A DNA stretch of 63,258 nucleotides, counting the filler. It is 7 parts of 7 records of this genome, joined end to end, with 100 filler letters (N's around TTAATTAATTAA, not from the genome) between each part and the next. Parts side by side here need not be neighbours in the genome. Positions count along the whole stretch, not along the records: positions 1 to 9,900 come from SRR2962707_2671; positions 10,001 to 18,525 come from SRR2962707_2675; 5 more parts are not named here. One strand, written 5' to 3'. Positions 1-10,321 of the stretch are shown here, piece by piece (positions within the stretch are counted from its first letter, which is position 1; each line of letters opens with the position of its first letter). The translations under genes were made by a program, and so were the position numbers. The notes under the pieces were generated by a model. It made no database searches. It was given only the letters and a program-made list of their open reading frames with translations, and was not told the origin of the DNA.

Positions 1-1
1 A

Positions 2-352
2 AAGGACGAAGAGCTTGAACACGCAAAGCGTTTGATTGAGCGTATTTTGTTCCTTGAAGGTGTGCCAGATACCGCATCACGTGAGCCGATCAAGATCGGC
101 AAAACCGTGCCCGAGATGATGAAAAATGATCTCGAACACGAGTATCATGTGATCAATCTTCTCAAAAAGGCGATCAAGGTTGCCGAAGCAGAAGACGATT
201 TCCAGACCCGGAACATGCTGACCGTGCTGCTTGATGATAGCGAGGAAGACCACGCATATTGGATCGAACAGCAAATTCGCCTGATCGATATGATGGGTCT
301 GCCAAACTACATCCAGTTCAAAGCCGCTGGCGAGCCAACCCCGCAGGGGTAA
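2..352 (+). CDS. bfr: Bacterioferritin-family subunit (FtnA/BfrA type), 5'-truncated
   Basis: Frame open from base 2: KDEELEHAKRLIERILFLEGVP...SEEDHAYWIEQQ; ferroxidase ExxH motifs and the ERILFLEG signature. Confidence 0.9.
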   Translation, partial: KDEELEHAKRLIERILFLEGVPDTASREPIKIGKTVPEMMKNDLEHEYHVINLLKKAIKVAEAEDDFQTRNMLTVLLDDSEEDHAYWIEQQIRLIDMMGLPNYIQFKAAGEPTPQG

Positions 353-371
353 GGCTTGATACGTTAAGATC

Positions 372-411
372 AAAAAGGCCCCGATGCAGTATTGCATTTC
401 GGGGCCTTTTT
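372..411 (+). terminator. Rho-independent terminator after bfr
   Basis: AAAAAGGCCCCGA..TCGGGGCCTTTTT hairpin with T tail. Confidence 0.8.
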
Positions 412-464
412 GTTTGTGCGGACCTTGCTTTGGCATTTGGTTTGCGGCTGTTTGATTTTCCTGC

Positions 465-495
465 TTGACCTTCCAGTTGCTGGAAGGTCTATCGT
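465..495 (+). promoter_or_regulatory. CueR-dependent copA promoter
   Basis: TTGACC-19 bp-TATCGT with dyad ACCTTCCAG-TTG-CTGGAAGGT; typical MerR-type 19-bp spacer. Confidence 0.9.
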
Positions 496-536
496 CGCCT
501 ATATCAGACATGAAACCACGTTAAGGGTTCAGGAAA

Positions 537-3035
537 ATGAGTAGCCGGACAGAAGCAAGAGACGCCGCGATCAACGATCCTGCGTCAGACGCGAAAACAC
601 CACAAAGCCCAAGCGCCAACAGCCGCGACGTGAACCTTGAAATCACCGGTATGAGTTGTGCCGGATGTGCCGGACGGGTGGAAAAGTCGGTTGGTGGACT
701 TGAGGGGGTCACAAGTGTTGATGTCAATCTTGCCCTCAATACCGCACATGTCGCCTTTGATGGCGACAAAGTGGGTGTGCGGCGCATTGCGCAGGCGGTC
801 GCGGATGCCGGTTATTCCGTCGCCGAAGAAACCTGGTCCTATGACATTGATGGCATGACCTGTGCCAATTGTGCCGGTCGTGTGGAAAAGGCATTGGCCG
901 CATTGCCCGGTGTGACAGAGGCCACTGTGAACTTTGCTCTTGAGCAGGCCAGCATCACCGCACTTCCCGGTCAGATGAGTGATGAAATCGCTATCCGTTC
1001 GGTCGAAGATGCCGGGTATCATGCGACATCACGGAATAAATCATCTGCAAACGACAATAATGATAGCGAAACCGCGGCGCGGTCAGACAAACCGGTTGAC
1101 CGGTCGTTGCTGTTGCTGGGCGCGTCGGTAGTTCTGACCGCACCGCTGGTGCTTCAGATGGTCTGGATGTATCTCGGCGTTGAATATCATTTACCTGCGT
1201 GGGTTGAACTTGCCTTGGCAACACCGGTTCAGTTCCTGATCGGGTGGCGGTTTTATCGCGGGGCGTTTGCCGCATTACGCCATCGCAGTGCCAATATGGA
1301 CGTTCTCGTCGCATTGGGCACGTCATCGGCTTATTTCCTGAGCCTGTACAACATGATTGTCGCCCAGAGTGGCCAATCACATCTGTATTTTGAGGCGTCT
1401 GCCGCCATCATTACCCTGATCCTTGGCGGTAAGATCATGGAAGATCGCGCCAAACGCGGGGCATCTGCCGCCATTCGCGAATTGATGGCATTGCGTCCGC
1501 GCCGTGCCCGTAAAATCGTCGATGGCAAGGATATTGATGTTGCCATCGACGAACTGAAGGTTGGCGATATCGTGCGGGTATTGCCCGGTGAACGTTTGCC
1601 TGTTGATGGCATTGTTGATGCGGGCGAAAGCGAACTTGATGAAAGCCTGATCACCGGTGAAACACGCCCGGTTGCGCGCGTGGCCGGGGATGAGGTTGTC
1701 GGTGGGGCGGTCAATGGCACCGGACGAATTGATATCAAGGTCAGTGCTGTTGGCGATGACACCACGTTGTCGCGCATCATTCGCTTGGTGGAAAAGGCAC
1801 AAACTGGCAAGGCACCCGTTCAAAAACTGGTGGATAGGGTTTCTGCTGTCTTTGTCCCCATCATCATCGTTATTGCGCTGGTGACGCTGGCTGGTTGGTT
1901 GTTCGCCGGTTTCGGGGTGGAAGCATCTATCGTTGCGGCTGTGTCAGTGCTGGTGATTGCGTGCCCTTGTGCGCTTGGTCTGGCAACACCAACGGCGCTG
2001 GTTGCCGGTACGGGCAGTGCGGCGCGTGCGGGTATTCTGATCCGCAATTTTGATGCGCTTGAACAGGCTCATAACATTGATACCGTCATCTTTGATAAAA
2101 CCGGCACCCTGACCGAAGGCAGCCCGACGGTGCGCGATGTCAAACCTGTTGACGGTGTTGATCAAAATGATCTTTTGCGTCTTGCCGCTGCGGTTCAGGC
2201 GGCCAGCGAACATCCATTGGCCCGTGCTGTGGTGTCGATTGCTCGTGATCAGGGGATGGATATCCCAGATGTGATCGAGTTCCGGGGCAAAACCGGTGCT
2301 GGCGTGATGGCAACGGTCGAAGGCAAATCAGTTGTCATCGGAACGGACACCATGTTGCGCGATCAATCAGTTTCCATGCCGGATGCCGATGTCATTTCGG
2401 CTGATATTGCGCAACATGAGGCGCGTGGGCGAACTGTCATCCTGATCGCGATTGATGGCAAATATGCCGGTTTTATAACCCTTGAAGACCACATTCGCGA
2501 AAGAGCCAAACAGACGATTGTCGACCTTAAGGCGCGCGGGATTAACAGCATCATGCTGTCAGGTGACAGTCAGGAAGTTGCAAGCTATGTCGCCGAACAA
2601 CTTGGTCTTGAACGCGGTGAAGGTCGTATTCGTCCGCAGGACAAGGCGCTGGCGGTTGAAAAACTGCGTAAAGAAGGCCGTCATGTCGCCATGGTTGGCG
2701 ACGGGATCAATGATGCACCAGCATTGGCCGCAGCGGATGTCGGTATTGCTATGGGCGGGGGAACCGATGTTGCCATGGAAACGGCTGGCATTACCCTGAT
2801 GCGTTCCGATCCAGCATTGGTGGCCGACGCCATTGATATTTCAATCGCAACCCGTCGCAAAATTGCCCAGAACCTGTTTTGGGCCTTTGCCTATAACGTC
2901 ATCGGTGTGCCTCTGGCGGCCTTTGGTGTGCTGAGCCCGGCGATTGCCGGGGCGGCGATGGCACTTAGTTCCGTATCGGTTGTCAGTAACTCTGTGATGC
3001 TGCGACGCTGGAAAGCGGGGGGGGCACAAAAATGA
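537..3035 (+). CDS. copA: Cu(I)-translocating P1B-type ATPase
   Basis: Two GMxCxxC metal-binding domains, CPC, DKTGTLT, HP, GDGIND, YN and MALSS motifs. Confidence 0.95.
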   Translation: MSSRTEARDAAINDPASDAKTPQSPSANSRDVNLEITGMSCAGCAGRVEKSVGGLEGVTSVDVNLALNTAHVAFDGDKVGVRRIAQAVADAGYSVAEETWSYDIDGMTCANCAGRVEKALAALPGVTEATVNFALEQASITALPGQMSDEIAIRSVEDAGYHATSRNKSSANDNNDSETAARSDKPVDRSLLLLGASVVLTAPLVLQMVWMYLGVEYHLPAWVELALATPVQFLIGWRFYRGAFAALRHRSANMDVLVALGTSSAYFLSLYNMIVAQSGQSHLYFEASAAIITLILGGKIMEDRAKRGASAAIRELMALRPRRARKIVDGKDIDVAIDELKVGDIVRVLPGERLPVDGIVDAGESELDESLITGETRPVARVAGDEVVGGAVNGTGRIDIKVSAVGDDTTLSRIIRLVEKAQTGKAPVQKLVDRVSAVFVPIIIVIALVTLAGWLFAGFGVEASIVAAVSVLVIACPCALGLATPTALVAGTGSAARAGILIRNFDALEQAHNIDTVIFDKTGTLTEGSPTVRDVKPVDGVDQNDLLRLAAAVQAASEHPLARAVVSIARDQGMDIPDVIEFRGKTGAGVMATVEGKSVVIGTDTMLRDQSVSMPDADVISADIAQHEARGRTVILIAIDGKYAGFITLEDHIRERAKQTIVDLKARGINSIMLSGDSQEVASYVAEQLGLERGEGRIRPQDKALAVEKLRKEGRHVAMVGDGINDAPALAAADVGIAMGGGTDVAMETAGITLMRSDPALVADAIDISIATRRKIAQNLFWAFAYNVIGVPLAAFGVLSPAIAGAAMALSSVSVVSNSVMLRRWKAGGAQK

Positions 3036-3415
3036 ATATTTCCGACGCAGCAAGTGTTTGTGGATTGCCCGCCAAAACCATCCGGTATTACGAAGATATC
3101 GGTCTGGTGACACCGGGACGTCTTGCCAATGGTTATCGCGATTATGGTGAGGATGATTTGCACAAGTTGCGCTTTTTACAGCGTGCACGCGGGCTTGGGT
3201 TCTCGGTTGAGGATTGCCGCGTGTTGTTGTCGCTGTATGAAGACCGCAACCGCGCGTCATCGGACGTCAAAAACATCGCAAAAACCCATCTGGCGGAAAT
3301 CGAACGCAAGATTGCTGAGTTGCAAAGCCTGCAAAAGACATTGTCACATCTGGTGCATGCCTGTCATGGGGATGATCGCCCGCATTGCCCCATCATCAAT
3401 GATCTCGCCAGTTAA
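3032..3415 (+). CDS. cueR: Cu(I)-responsive MerR-family regulator
   Basis: MNIS...TIRYYEDIGL HTH; C-terminal CHGDDRPHCPI metal loop; ATGA overlap with copA. Confidence 0.93.
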   Translation: MNISDAASVCGLPAKTIRYYEDIGLVTPGRLANGYRDYGEDDLHKLRFLQRARGLGFSVEDCRVLLSLYEDRNRASSDVKNIAKTHLAEIERKIAELQSLQKTLSHLVHACHGDDRPHCPIINDLAS

Positions 3416-3449
3416 AAACGCGCGATAAAAAACAAAGAGAGAGTTCACA

Positions 3450-3929
3450 GTGAAAGATAAAGGCGTTTTCGTCATCGGCGGGGTGGTTGGTGCCGCCATT
3501 GTTTATGGCATCATCACTTTCTTCGGACCGGGGGCTGGTGGGGATCAATCCGTTGAACTTCGCCCGGATGATTTGAAGTTGGTCGCACTTGGCAAGAAAG
3601 TCTATGACGCCAATTGTGCGTCCTGCCACGGTCGGCAATTCGAAGGACAGGACAACTGGCGTGAACGCGATGCCAACGGATTGCTACCTGCACCACCTCA
3701 TGATGAAACCGGACATACGTGGCATCATCCTGATGCGGTGCTGTTTGCTCTAACCAAATATGGGCCATCGGTCATGGCCGGGGAGGATTATCAGTCGGCG
3801 ATGCCCGGGTTTGAGGATGTCCTGACGGATGAGGAAATTCTCGCCAGCCTTTCTTACGTCAAAAGCCGTTGGCCCGACGAAATCAGGCAACGCCACGATC
3901 AAATAAACCTTTCGGCCAAGCAGCAATAA
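3450..3929 (+). CDS. Membrane-anchored monoheme cytochrome c
   Basis: N-terminal TM, CASCH, PAPPHDETGHTWHH, AMPGF distal Met. Confidence 0.85.
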   Translation: MKDKGVFVIGGVVGAAIVYGIITFFGPGAGGDQSVELRPDDLKLVALGKKVYDANCASCHGRQFEGQDNWRERDANGLLPAPPHDETGHTWHHPDAVLFALTKYGPSVMAGEDYQSAMPGFEDVLTDEEILASLSYVKSRWPDEIRQRHDQINLSAKQQ

Positions 3930-4027
3930 GCCAGACCAGAGGCCAACAGACAGCAAAGCCCGCATCAGAGCCAAAGTGCTCCGTTGAGGGCTTTACGTAT
4001 TTTGGATCTGTCTATGTCGGGCGGTGA

Positions 4028-5161
4028 TCAGAGACGGGGCAGGGTAATGCCCACAGTGGTTCCCTTGCCAAGCGCACTTTCGATGCTCATGCGGCCACCA
4101 TGCAGTTCCACCAGAAGCTTTGCCAGCGGCAAACCAAGACCGGTCCCTGTGCTTTCCTTAACCCCAGAAGGATGAAGCTGTGCAAACCGCGCAAAGGCGC
4201 GCGGGATGTCATTTGGGCTCATGCCCACACCAGTATCTGCGATGGAAATCGTGATGTCCTTGTCCGTCTGGGCAAGGTCAACGGTGATGACACCGCCATC
4301 GGGGGTGAATTTTGCCGCGTTGCTCAGGATGTTGATCAGGATTTGCTTTATCTTGAGCTTGTCACAGCGCATCGGGACTGGTGTTTCGGCAATATTGAAG
4401 TGCAGGCTGTGCTGGTGGCGGGAAATATCTTCACGTGCAAGCTTTGTGGCTTCTTTGATGACGCACACAAGGTCTTCGTCGTTTAACTGCAACGTCATGG
4501 ATCCTGCCGACAGCTTGGAAACATCAAGAACGTTGTTGACCAGTTCCAGCAGGTGCTTGCCAGCCTCAAAAACGTCGCGTCCACAATCACGGTATCCGTC
4601 GGTAATGTCGCCAAGCACACCTTCGGCAATCAGTTCGGAATTGCCGATAATCGCATTCAGCGGTGTGCGCAATTCATGGCCCATATTGGCGATAAAGTCG
4701 GATTTTGACGCATTGGCATCGGACTGATTGCGGTTTTGTTCCATCAGGCTGCGTTCAGCCTGTTTTTGACGGTCATTTTCAAGAAGTGTCATCAAGACAG
4801 CCGTGCGGGTCTCATTGTTCTGGAAGTATTCCAGCGGCGCAATCGACAGGTCACAGACGTGGCTGTCGTTATTTGCGCTGACCAGCACAATGTCACCGCG
4901 CCAGGACCGCCCGGATGCGAAAACATCTTCAATGTCGTTCAGAAGGCCCTTGGACAGGAAACCGGCGGCGGTGCCCAGCATGCGTTCCTTGGAAACGCCA
5001 ATCATCCGTGCAATGGCTTCGTTACATTGCAGGACCTTTCCGTTGCGGTCACAAATGATCGCGGCATACGGAAGGGCGTTAAGAACGACCTGATCTGCCA
5101 ATGGTACGGTATGCGTGCCAATCGGTGTATTGCTGGTCATGTCGTCCCCTGATCCCATCAT
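4028..5161 (-). CDS. Cytoplasmic PAS-domain sensor histidine kinase (HisKA/HATPase_c)
   Basis: HELRTPLNAIIG H-box, NAAKFT N-box, DTGVGM and GTGLGL G-boxes; N-terminal PAS-like region; no TM. Confidence 0.88.
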   Translation of the reverse strand: MMGSGDDMTSNTPIGTHTVPLADQVVLNALPYAAIICDRNGKVLQCNEAIARMIGVSKERMLGTAAGFLSKGLLNDIEDVFASGRSWRGDIVLVSANNDSHVCDLSIAPLEYFQNNETRTAVLMTLLENDRQKQAERSLMEQNRNQSDANASKSDFIANMGHELRTPLNAIIGNSELIAEGVLGDITDGYRDCGRDVFEAGKHLLELVNNVLDVSKLSAGSMTLQLNDEDLVCVIKEATKLAREDISRHQHSLHFNIAETPVPMRCDKLKIKQILINILSNAAKFTPDGGVITVDLAQTDKDITISIADTGVGMSPNDIPRAFARFAQLHPSGVKESTGTGLGLPLAKLLVELHGGRMSIESALGKGTTVGITLPRL

Positions 5162-5178
5162 TCGTCAGTAACGCCCGT

Positions 5179-6429
5179 TCAAAAACGTTCGATACCTAAC
5201 CCCGTTAGTGGAATGTCTGGGCGCTTGCGGCTTATCAGGTCGGCGATTGCCTTGCCTGATCCACAACTCATTGTCCAACCCAACGTCCCATGCCCCGTAT
5301 TTAGAAATAGATTACCATATTTTGTACCGCCAAGAATAGGGGCAGAATCCGGGGTAACCGGGCGCAGGCCTGACCAAAATTCAATTTTGGACCGATCACC
5401 GGAATTCGGGAATAATTCGAATGCTTTATCAACAATCAACTGTTTACGACGTTCGGACATTCGCAGGGAATATCCATCCAGTTCGGCTGTTCCCGCCACG
5501 CGAAGCCGGTTGCCAAGGCGCGCATAAACCATTTTCACACTGTCATCAATCAGGGCGGTTTGCGGAGCACCATCATGCCCGGTGGTGTCGATGCTGATGG
5601 AGTAGCCCTTACAGGGATATATCGGAAGATGGATACCAAGGGGTTTGGTCAAAAACGGGCTGTAACTGCCCAAGCAGACGGCAAAGGCATCGCCGGAAAT
5701 CTTCCCTTGATCGGTGCGCACAGACGTAACGCGCCCCTGATCATGGTCAAGGCCCGTGATCGTGGTGCCAAATTTGAAAATTGCGCCACGTTCGATACAT
5801 TTTTCTGCCAGAAGGCTGGTGAATTTTTGCGCGTCCCCGCTTTCATCGTCGGGGGTAAAGCTGCCGCCGATGATGCGGGCCTTGCTGTGACGCAAGGTTG
5901 GTTCAATTTCGTAACATTCTTCGGCACTGACCACGCGCCGGTTCAGGCCAAAGTCACGCATTTGCGCGGTGGCTGTCTCAACCGCGGTTAATTCATCGTC
6001 ATCACGGCATATGTGCAGGATGCCCTGTTGGCGGTGATCATAGTCAAGGCCGGTATCCTCGCGCAGTTGCCTTAGGCAGTCACGGCTGTAGACCGCAACC
6101 CGCAACGCCTTTTCAAGGTTCTCTTTTGCCCGTGCATCGGTGCAATTGCGCAGGAAGCGAAGTCCCCAGGCAAACAGCTTTGGGTCAAGACGCATCCGAA
6201 ACAAAAGGGGGGCTTCTTCGCGGCCCAGCCATTTCAGGATTTGTTTGGGAGTGCTTGAATTGGCCCAGGGTGTTGCATGACAGGCCGAAATTTGCCCGCC
6301 ATTGGCAAAGCTGGTTTCCTGTGCGCTGGCATGTTGGCGGTCAATGACAGTAACCTGATGGCCATTTTCCAAAAGATACCAGGCCGCCGTCGTCCCAATG
6401 ACGCCAGCGCCCAAAACGACAACATGCAT
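5179..6429 (-). CDS. dadA: D-amino acid dehydrogenase
   Basis: VVLGAGVIG FAD motif, ETSFANGGQ, LNTGHGTLGWTMSCGSG. Confidence 0.9.
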   Translation of the reverse strand: MHVVVLGAGVIGTTAAWYLLENGHQVTVIDRQHASAQETSFANGGQISACHATPWANSSTPKQILKWLGREEAPLLFRMRLDPKLFAWGLRFLRNCTDARAKENLEKALRVAVYSRDCLRQLREDTGLDYDHRQQGILHICRDDDELTAVETATAQMRDFGLNRRVVSAEECYEIEPTLRHSKARIIGGSFTPDDESGDAQKFTSLLAEKCIERGAIFKFGTTITGLDHDQGRVTSVRTDQGKISGDAFAVCLGSYSPFLTKPLGIHLPIYPCKGYSISIDTTGHDGAPQTALIDDSVKMVYARLGNRLRVAGTAELDGYSLRMSERRKQLIVDKAFELFPNSGDRSKIEFWSGLRPVTPDSAPILGGTKYGNLFLNTGHGTLGWTMSCGSGKAIADLISRKRPDIPLTGLGIERF

Positions 6430-6659
6430 GCCGGAAAAGCCTCGTTGTGAATTCTCGCGTATGCGGGCCGATCAGACCAAAACACCGATGCAAATGATCG
6501 TAACTGTCTTAACTGTCTGACTCGCGAAATCGTTTGCAATATACTGAGCCGAAAAACAAATGGCTACCGATGTCTGTTGCTGATTTACAGTCGGTGCTTA
6601 GGTTGACTGAGCAGAGGATGTTGATAGGGAATGTTGGTAGGGAATTTTGAGGGTGAAAA

Positions 6660-8117
6660 ATGTTTGAAATTCTAACAACCGACCAGATGTATGAAGCCGA
6701 CCGCAAGACGATTGATGGTGGCATTCCCGGTGATGTCCTGATGGAAAATGCCGGGCGGACGGTGTTTGAGGAAATCATACGCCATTGGTCACCCAGATCA
6801 GTTTCGGTTCTGTGTGGTCCGGGCAATAACGGTGGTGATGGGTTTGTCATTGCCAGATTGCTGCGTGACGAAGGCTGGTCAGTGCGGCTTGGGTTGCTGG
6901 GTGAGATCGAACACCTTGGCGGTGATGCCGCCACCCATGCGCAAAAGTGGGACGGCGCAACCGAACGCTTGTCACCGGCATTGGTGGTTGGTGCGGATCT
7001 GATTGTTGATTGTATTTTTGGCGCGGGGCTGGCGCGTGACATTACCGGCGACGTTGCCGACCTTATTGCATCGGTCAATGACAGCATGTCTGTGGTGGTT
7101 TCGGTCGATGTGCCAAGCGGTGTTGATGGAAACACCGGGGGCATTATGGGGTGTGCGATCAAGGCGGATCTGACGGTGACATTCTGTCGGGCCAAGCCGG
7201 GGCACTATTTGTTGCCGGGACGGCAGCTGTGCGGTGAACTTGCCATCCGTGATATTGGCATTTCCGATCAGGTGGTGTCGGAAATCCGCCCGACATGCTG
7301 GCGCAATGATCCGGTGTTGTGGCGGGCTGGTATTCGCTGGCCGGGGCTTGATGGTCATAAATATCATCGTGGCCATTTGCTGGCTTTTGGCGGCACCATG
7401 ATGACAGGTGCGACACGGCTTGTCGCGCGCGCGGCACGGCGTTCGGGTGTTGGGTTGTTGACCATTGTTTCCGATGCGTCTGTATTGCCGGTCTATGCCG
7501 CCGATGCCCCGGGCACTATGACGGCATCCATATCCGGGCTTGAAGCCCTTTTGAACGACTGTCGGCATAATGCTTTTGTTGTTGGGCCGGGCTACGGGGT
7601 TGGTGACAGTACGCGCAGTCTGGTGTTGCAGCTTTTGCATCTTTGCCGGTCAACCGTGTTGGATGCGGACGCGCTGACCAGTTTCTCCGACGATCCATCC
7701 ACATTATGTTTTGCCGTACAGGGACCAACGGTTCTGACGCCGCATGAAGGCGAGTTTACACGCCTGTTTCCCGATATTGACGGCGATAAGCTGGCCCGTG
7801 CGCGTGCGGCGGCCAAGCGCAGTGGTGCCACGGTCCTGATAAAAGGGGCGGACACCGTTATTGCGGCCCCGGATGGACGTGCGGCCATTAGTGCGGTTGA
7901 TGCCCCATGGTTGGCAACAGCCGGGTCGGGGGATGTTTTGGCCGGGGTGATTGCAGGGCTTATGGCACAAGGCATGGAGATGTTTGATGCGGCCTGCATG
8001 GGTGTTTGGTTGCACGGGCGCAGTGGCACGGACATCGGGCCGGGTTTGATTGCCGAGGACATCCCCGATCATTTGCCGGTGATCTTGCGCGAATTGTGGC
8101 TGGCATCGCGCAAATAG
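6660..8117 (+). CDS. nnr: Bifunctional NAD(P)H-hydrate epimerase/dehydratase
   Basis: LMENAG, GPGNNGGDG (YjeF_N); TPHEGEF and LATAGSGDVLAG (dehydratase domain). Confidence 0.92.
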   Translation: MFEILTTDQMYEADRKTIDGGIPGDVLMENAGRTVFEEIIRHWSPRSVSVLCGPGNNGGDGFVIARLLRDEGWSVRLGLLGEIEHLGGDAATHAQKWDGATERLSPALVVGADLIVDCIFGAGLARDITGDVADLIASVNDSMSVVVSVDVPSGVDGNTGGIMGCAIKADLTVTFCRAKPGHYLLPGRQLCGELAIRDIGISDQVVSEIRPTCWRNDPVLWRAGIRWPGLDGHKYHRGHLLAFGGTMMTGATRLVARAARRSGVGLLTIVSDASVLPVYAADAPGTMTASISGLEALLNDCRHNAFVVGPGYGVGDSTRSLVLQLLHLCRSTVLDADALTSFSDDPSTLCFAVQGPTVLTPHEGEFTRLFPDIDGDKLARARAAAKRSGATVLIKGADTVIAAPDGRAAISAVDAPWLATAGSGDVLAGVIAGLMAQGMEMFDAACMGVWLHGRSGTDIGPGLIAEDIPDHLPVILRELWLASRK

Positions 8118-8305
8118 CTTTTACTTAGCCTTTGCGTGGTCATTTCGATGACATCTTTGTTGCGATGCTGGACGCAGAATAAAACAACACCGATATATCA
8201 GGACATCAAGCATGACGAAGCGATGCGTATCTTATGCAGTCATGCCTGATTTTGAAATTGTCGGCGCAGTACAATATTTCTCCCAACAGAGCGTTGGAGG
8301 CCATC

Positions 8306-9712
8306 ATGTCGCAAACATTTCTCGACAGAACACTTGATAATTTGCGTGGTGCGTGGCGTGAACTGCGTGACAGTTCGGTTGTGCGCAGTTTGGGACGCGA
8401 TGAAAACCAGAGCCGTCAGGAACACTGGCGTCGGCAGATCGCCGATTGTCTTGCCGGGCGCGGTGGGGCGGTGTCGGCACGGGGGCGGGCCGCCGCCCTT
8501 GGTCATGATTTCTTGCGTCTTGATGACGATGGCAAGCGGGCGTTCTTGCATTTGCTGGTCAATGAATTTGGGATTGATCGTGACCGGGTTGCGGCCATCA
8601 TGACAGATTGGAATATGGCCGATGATCTGGCGGAAAGGGCGTTGCTCGAATCTGAACTGCGCGATGCGCTTGTGCCGCCATTTCGATCAATTCTCAAGGA
8701 ATTCAATTCATTACCGCAGGGTGTGAAGTTTCTGGTTGATCTGCGCGGTGATCTTTTGCGGTGGCGCAAAGAAGCCCCCGGACTTGCAATGTTGGAACGT
8801 GATCTCAAGACCTTGCTGGCGGGATGGTTTGATATCGGGTTTCTTGAACTCGAACGGATTACGTGGAATTCACCCGCGTCGCTTCTGGAAAAACTGATTG
8901 CCTACGAAGCCGTTCATGCCATTCAAAGCTGGGATGATTTGAAACGTCGGCTTGCACCAGACCGGCGCTGCTTTGCCTTTTTCCACCCGGGGATGCCAGA
9001 TGAGCCTTTGATCTTTGTCGAGGTTGCCTTGGTCAACGGAATTGCCGGAAACATCGACAAGCTTATTCAAGCCGACGATGATGATGAAGGTCATAATGGC
9101 GATAATGCGGGATCAGTCGACAGGGCTGATACAGCAATTTTCTATTCCATTTCCAATGCGCAGGCCGGTTTGGCCGGGATCAGCTTTGGTGATTTCCTGA
9201 TCAAGCGGGTGGTGAGCCAACTGCAACGCGATCTGCCGCATCTAAAACAGTTTTGCACCTTGTCCCCCATACCGGGGCTGCGGACATGGATGGATCGTCA
9301 GCTTGATGCCATGGCAAAGGGGGCGGAAACCGGCTTGCCCAAGGTTATCGAAGCGGCATTAAACGATTGTGATGAATTGATGGGGCCAAAACCACCCGCA
9401 CAAAGCCCCGATGCGGTGGGGGAACGCACCAAAACCAATATCGAGTTTTTGACTGCATGGTATCTTCTGAATGCCAAACGACCAGAAACCGGGTCGGCAT
9501 TTGATCCAGTCGCACATTTCCATCTCAGTAATGGCGCACGCATCGAGCGTTTAAACTGGAACGGTAACGGTAAGCCGGACGGCTGGGCGCAGTCATTTGG
9601 CATGATGGTCAATTATCTTTATCACCTGCCGATGATCGAAAAAAATCATGAAAACTATGTCGGGCAGGGCGAAATCGCTGTTTCAAGCAGTGTGAAGCGC
9701 CATTTGCGTTAG
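8306..9712 (+). CDS. Malonyl-CoA decarboxylase
   Basis: YEAVH, EPLIFVEVAL, FYSISN, TLSPIPG, DPVAHFHLSNGA; start chosen after GGAGG RBS. Confidence 0.9.
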   Translation: MSQTFLDRTLDNLRGAWRELRDSSVVRSLGRDENQSRQEHWRRQIADCLAGRGGAVSARGRAAALGHDFLRLDDDGKRAFLHLLVNEFGIDRDRVAAIMTDWNMADDLAERALLESELRDALVPPFRSILKEFNSLPQGVKFLVDLRGDLLRWRKEAPGLAMLERDLKTLLAGWFDIGFLELERITWNSPASLLEKLIAYEAVHAIQSWDDLKRRLAPDRRCFAFFHPGMPDEPLIFVEVALVNGIAGNIDKLIQADDDDEGHNGDNAGSVDRADTAIFYSISNAQAGLAGISFGDFLIKRVVSQLQRDLPHLKQFCTLSPIPGLRTWMDRQLDAMAKGAETGLPKVIEAALNDCDELMGPKPPAQSPDAVGERTKTNIEFLTAWYLLNAKRPETGSAFDPVAHFHLSNGARIERLNWNGNGKPDGWAQSFGMMVNYLYHLPMIEKNHENYVGQGEIAVSSSVKRHLR

Positions 9713-9805
9713 TTTCATGACATAACGAAGCCAGCAGAACCGCAAGGTTTTGGGGTGTTGAAGCGGTTTAATTGAAGCCAGAACGCAAATGTCGAAAGGC
9801 GATGC

Positions 9806-9834
9806 TTGCATGAGGTCAACGAAGTTTGTATTAA
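9806..9834 (+). promoter_or_regulatory. Sigma70-type promoter for tRNA
   Basis: TTGCAT-17 bp-TATTAA about 45 bp upstream of the tRNA start. Confidence 0.55.
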
Positions 9835-9879
9835 GGCGCACTCATGCCGGTTCGTCCGGCGTGTTTGGTATGCTTGTGT

Positions 9880-9900
9880 GCGGGCGTGGCGGAATTGGTA
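9880..9900 (+). tRNA. tRNA-Leu 5' end, truncated by contig edge
   Basis: GCGGGCGTGGCGGAATTGGTA matches the acceptor stem/D-arm start of bacterial tRNA-Leu; anticodon not visible. Confidence 0.7.
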
Positions 9901-10000
9901 NNNNNNNNNNNNNNNNNNNNNNNNNNNNNNNNNNNNNNNNNNNNTTAATTAATTAANNNNNNNNNNNNNNNNNNNNNNNNNNNNNNNNNNNNNNNNNNNN
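9901..10000. other. Artificial contig spacer
   Basis: N-run + TTAATTAATTAA + N-run. Confidence 0.99.
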
Positions 10001-10023
10001 GTTTTGATAAGTGTACGTTTCAT
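10001..10023 (-). CDS. N-terminus of a truncated gene (MKRTLIK..., signal-peptide-like)
   Basis: ATG preceded by AGGA, runs into the spacer. Confidence 0.35.
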
Positions 10024-10321
10024 GATTATATTCCTATTTGGTGATTTACCTAAGTTGTGTCGTATTTATTGCCGACAATTAAACTTTAGTGCGTTGGGGC
10101 AATCTCGACAAACGATAAAAATAAACCTAATAGGTGAATAAAATTAACTCATAGACTTTAGTCTAATACCATTTAATGAGTAATTAATATGAATCTAACT
10201 GACATCAGTTAATATTTTCAAAGTGGCGTTTTTGTTACCAAATTGATAACTTGTGAATTTACATATACACTCACCTGTACCTAACTCTTGTGCACTTTAA
10301 TGTACTTATTCGGAAGTGATC

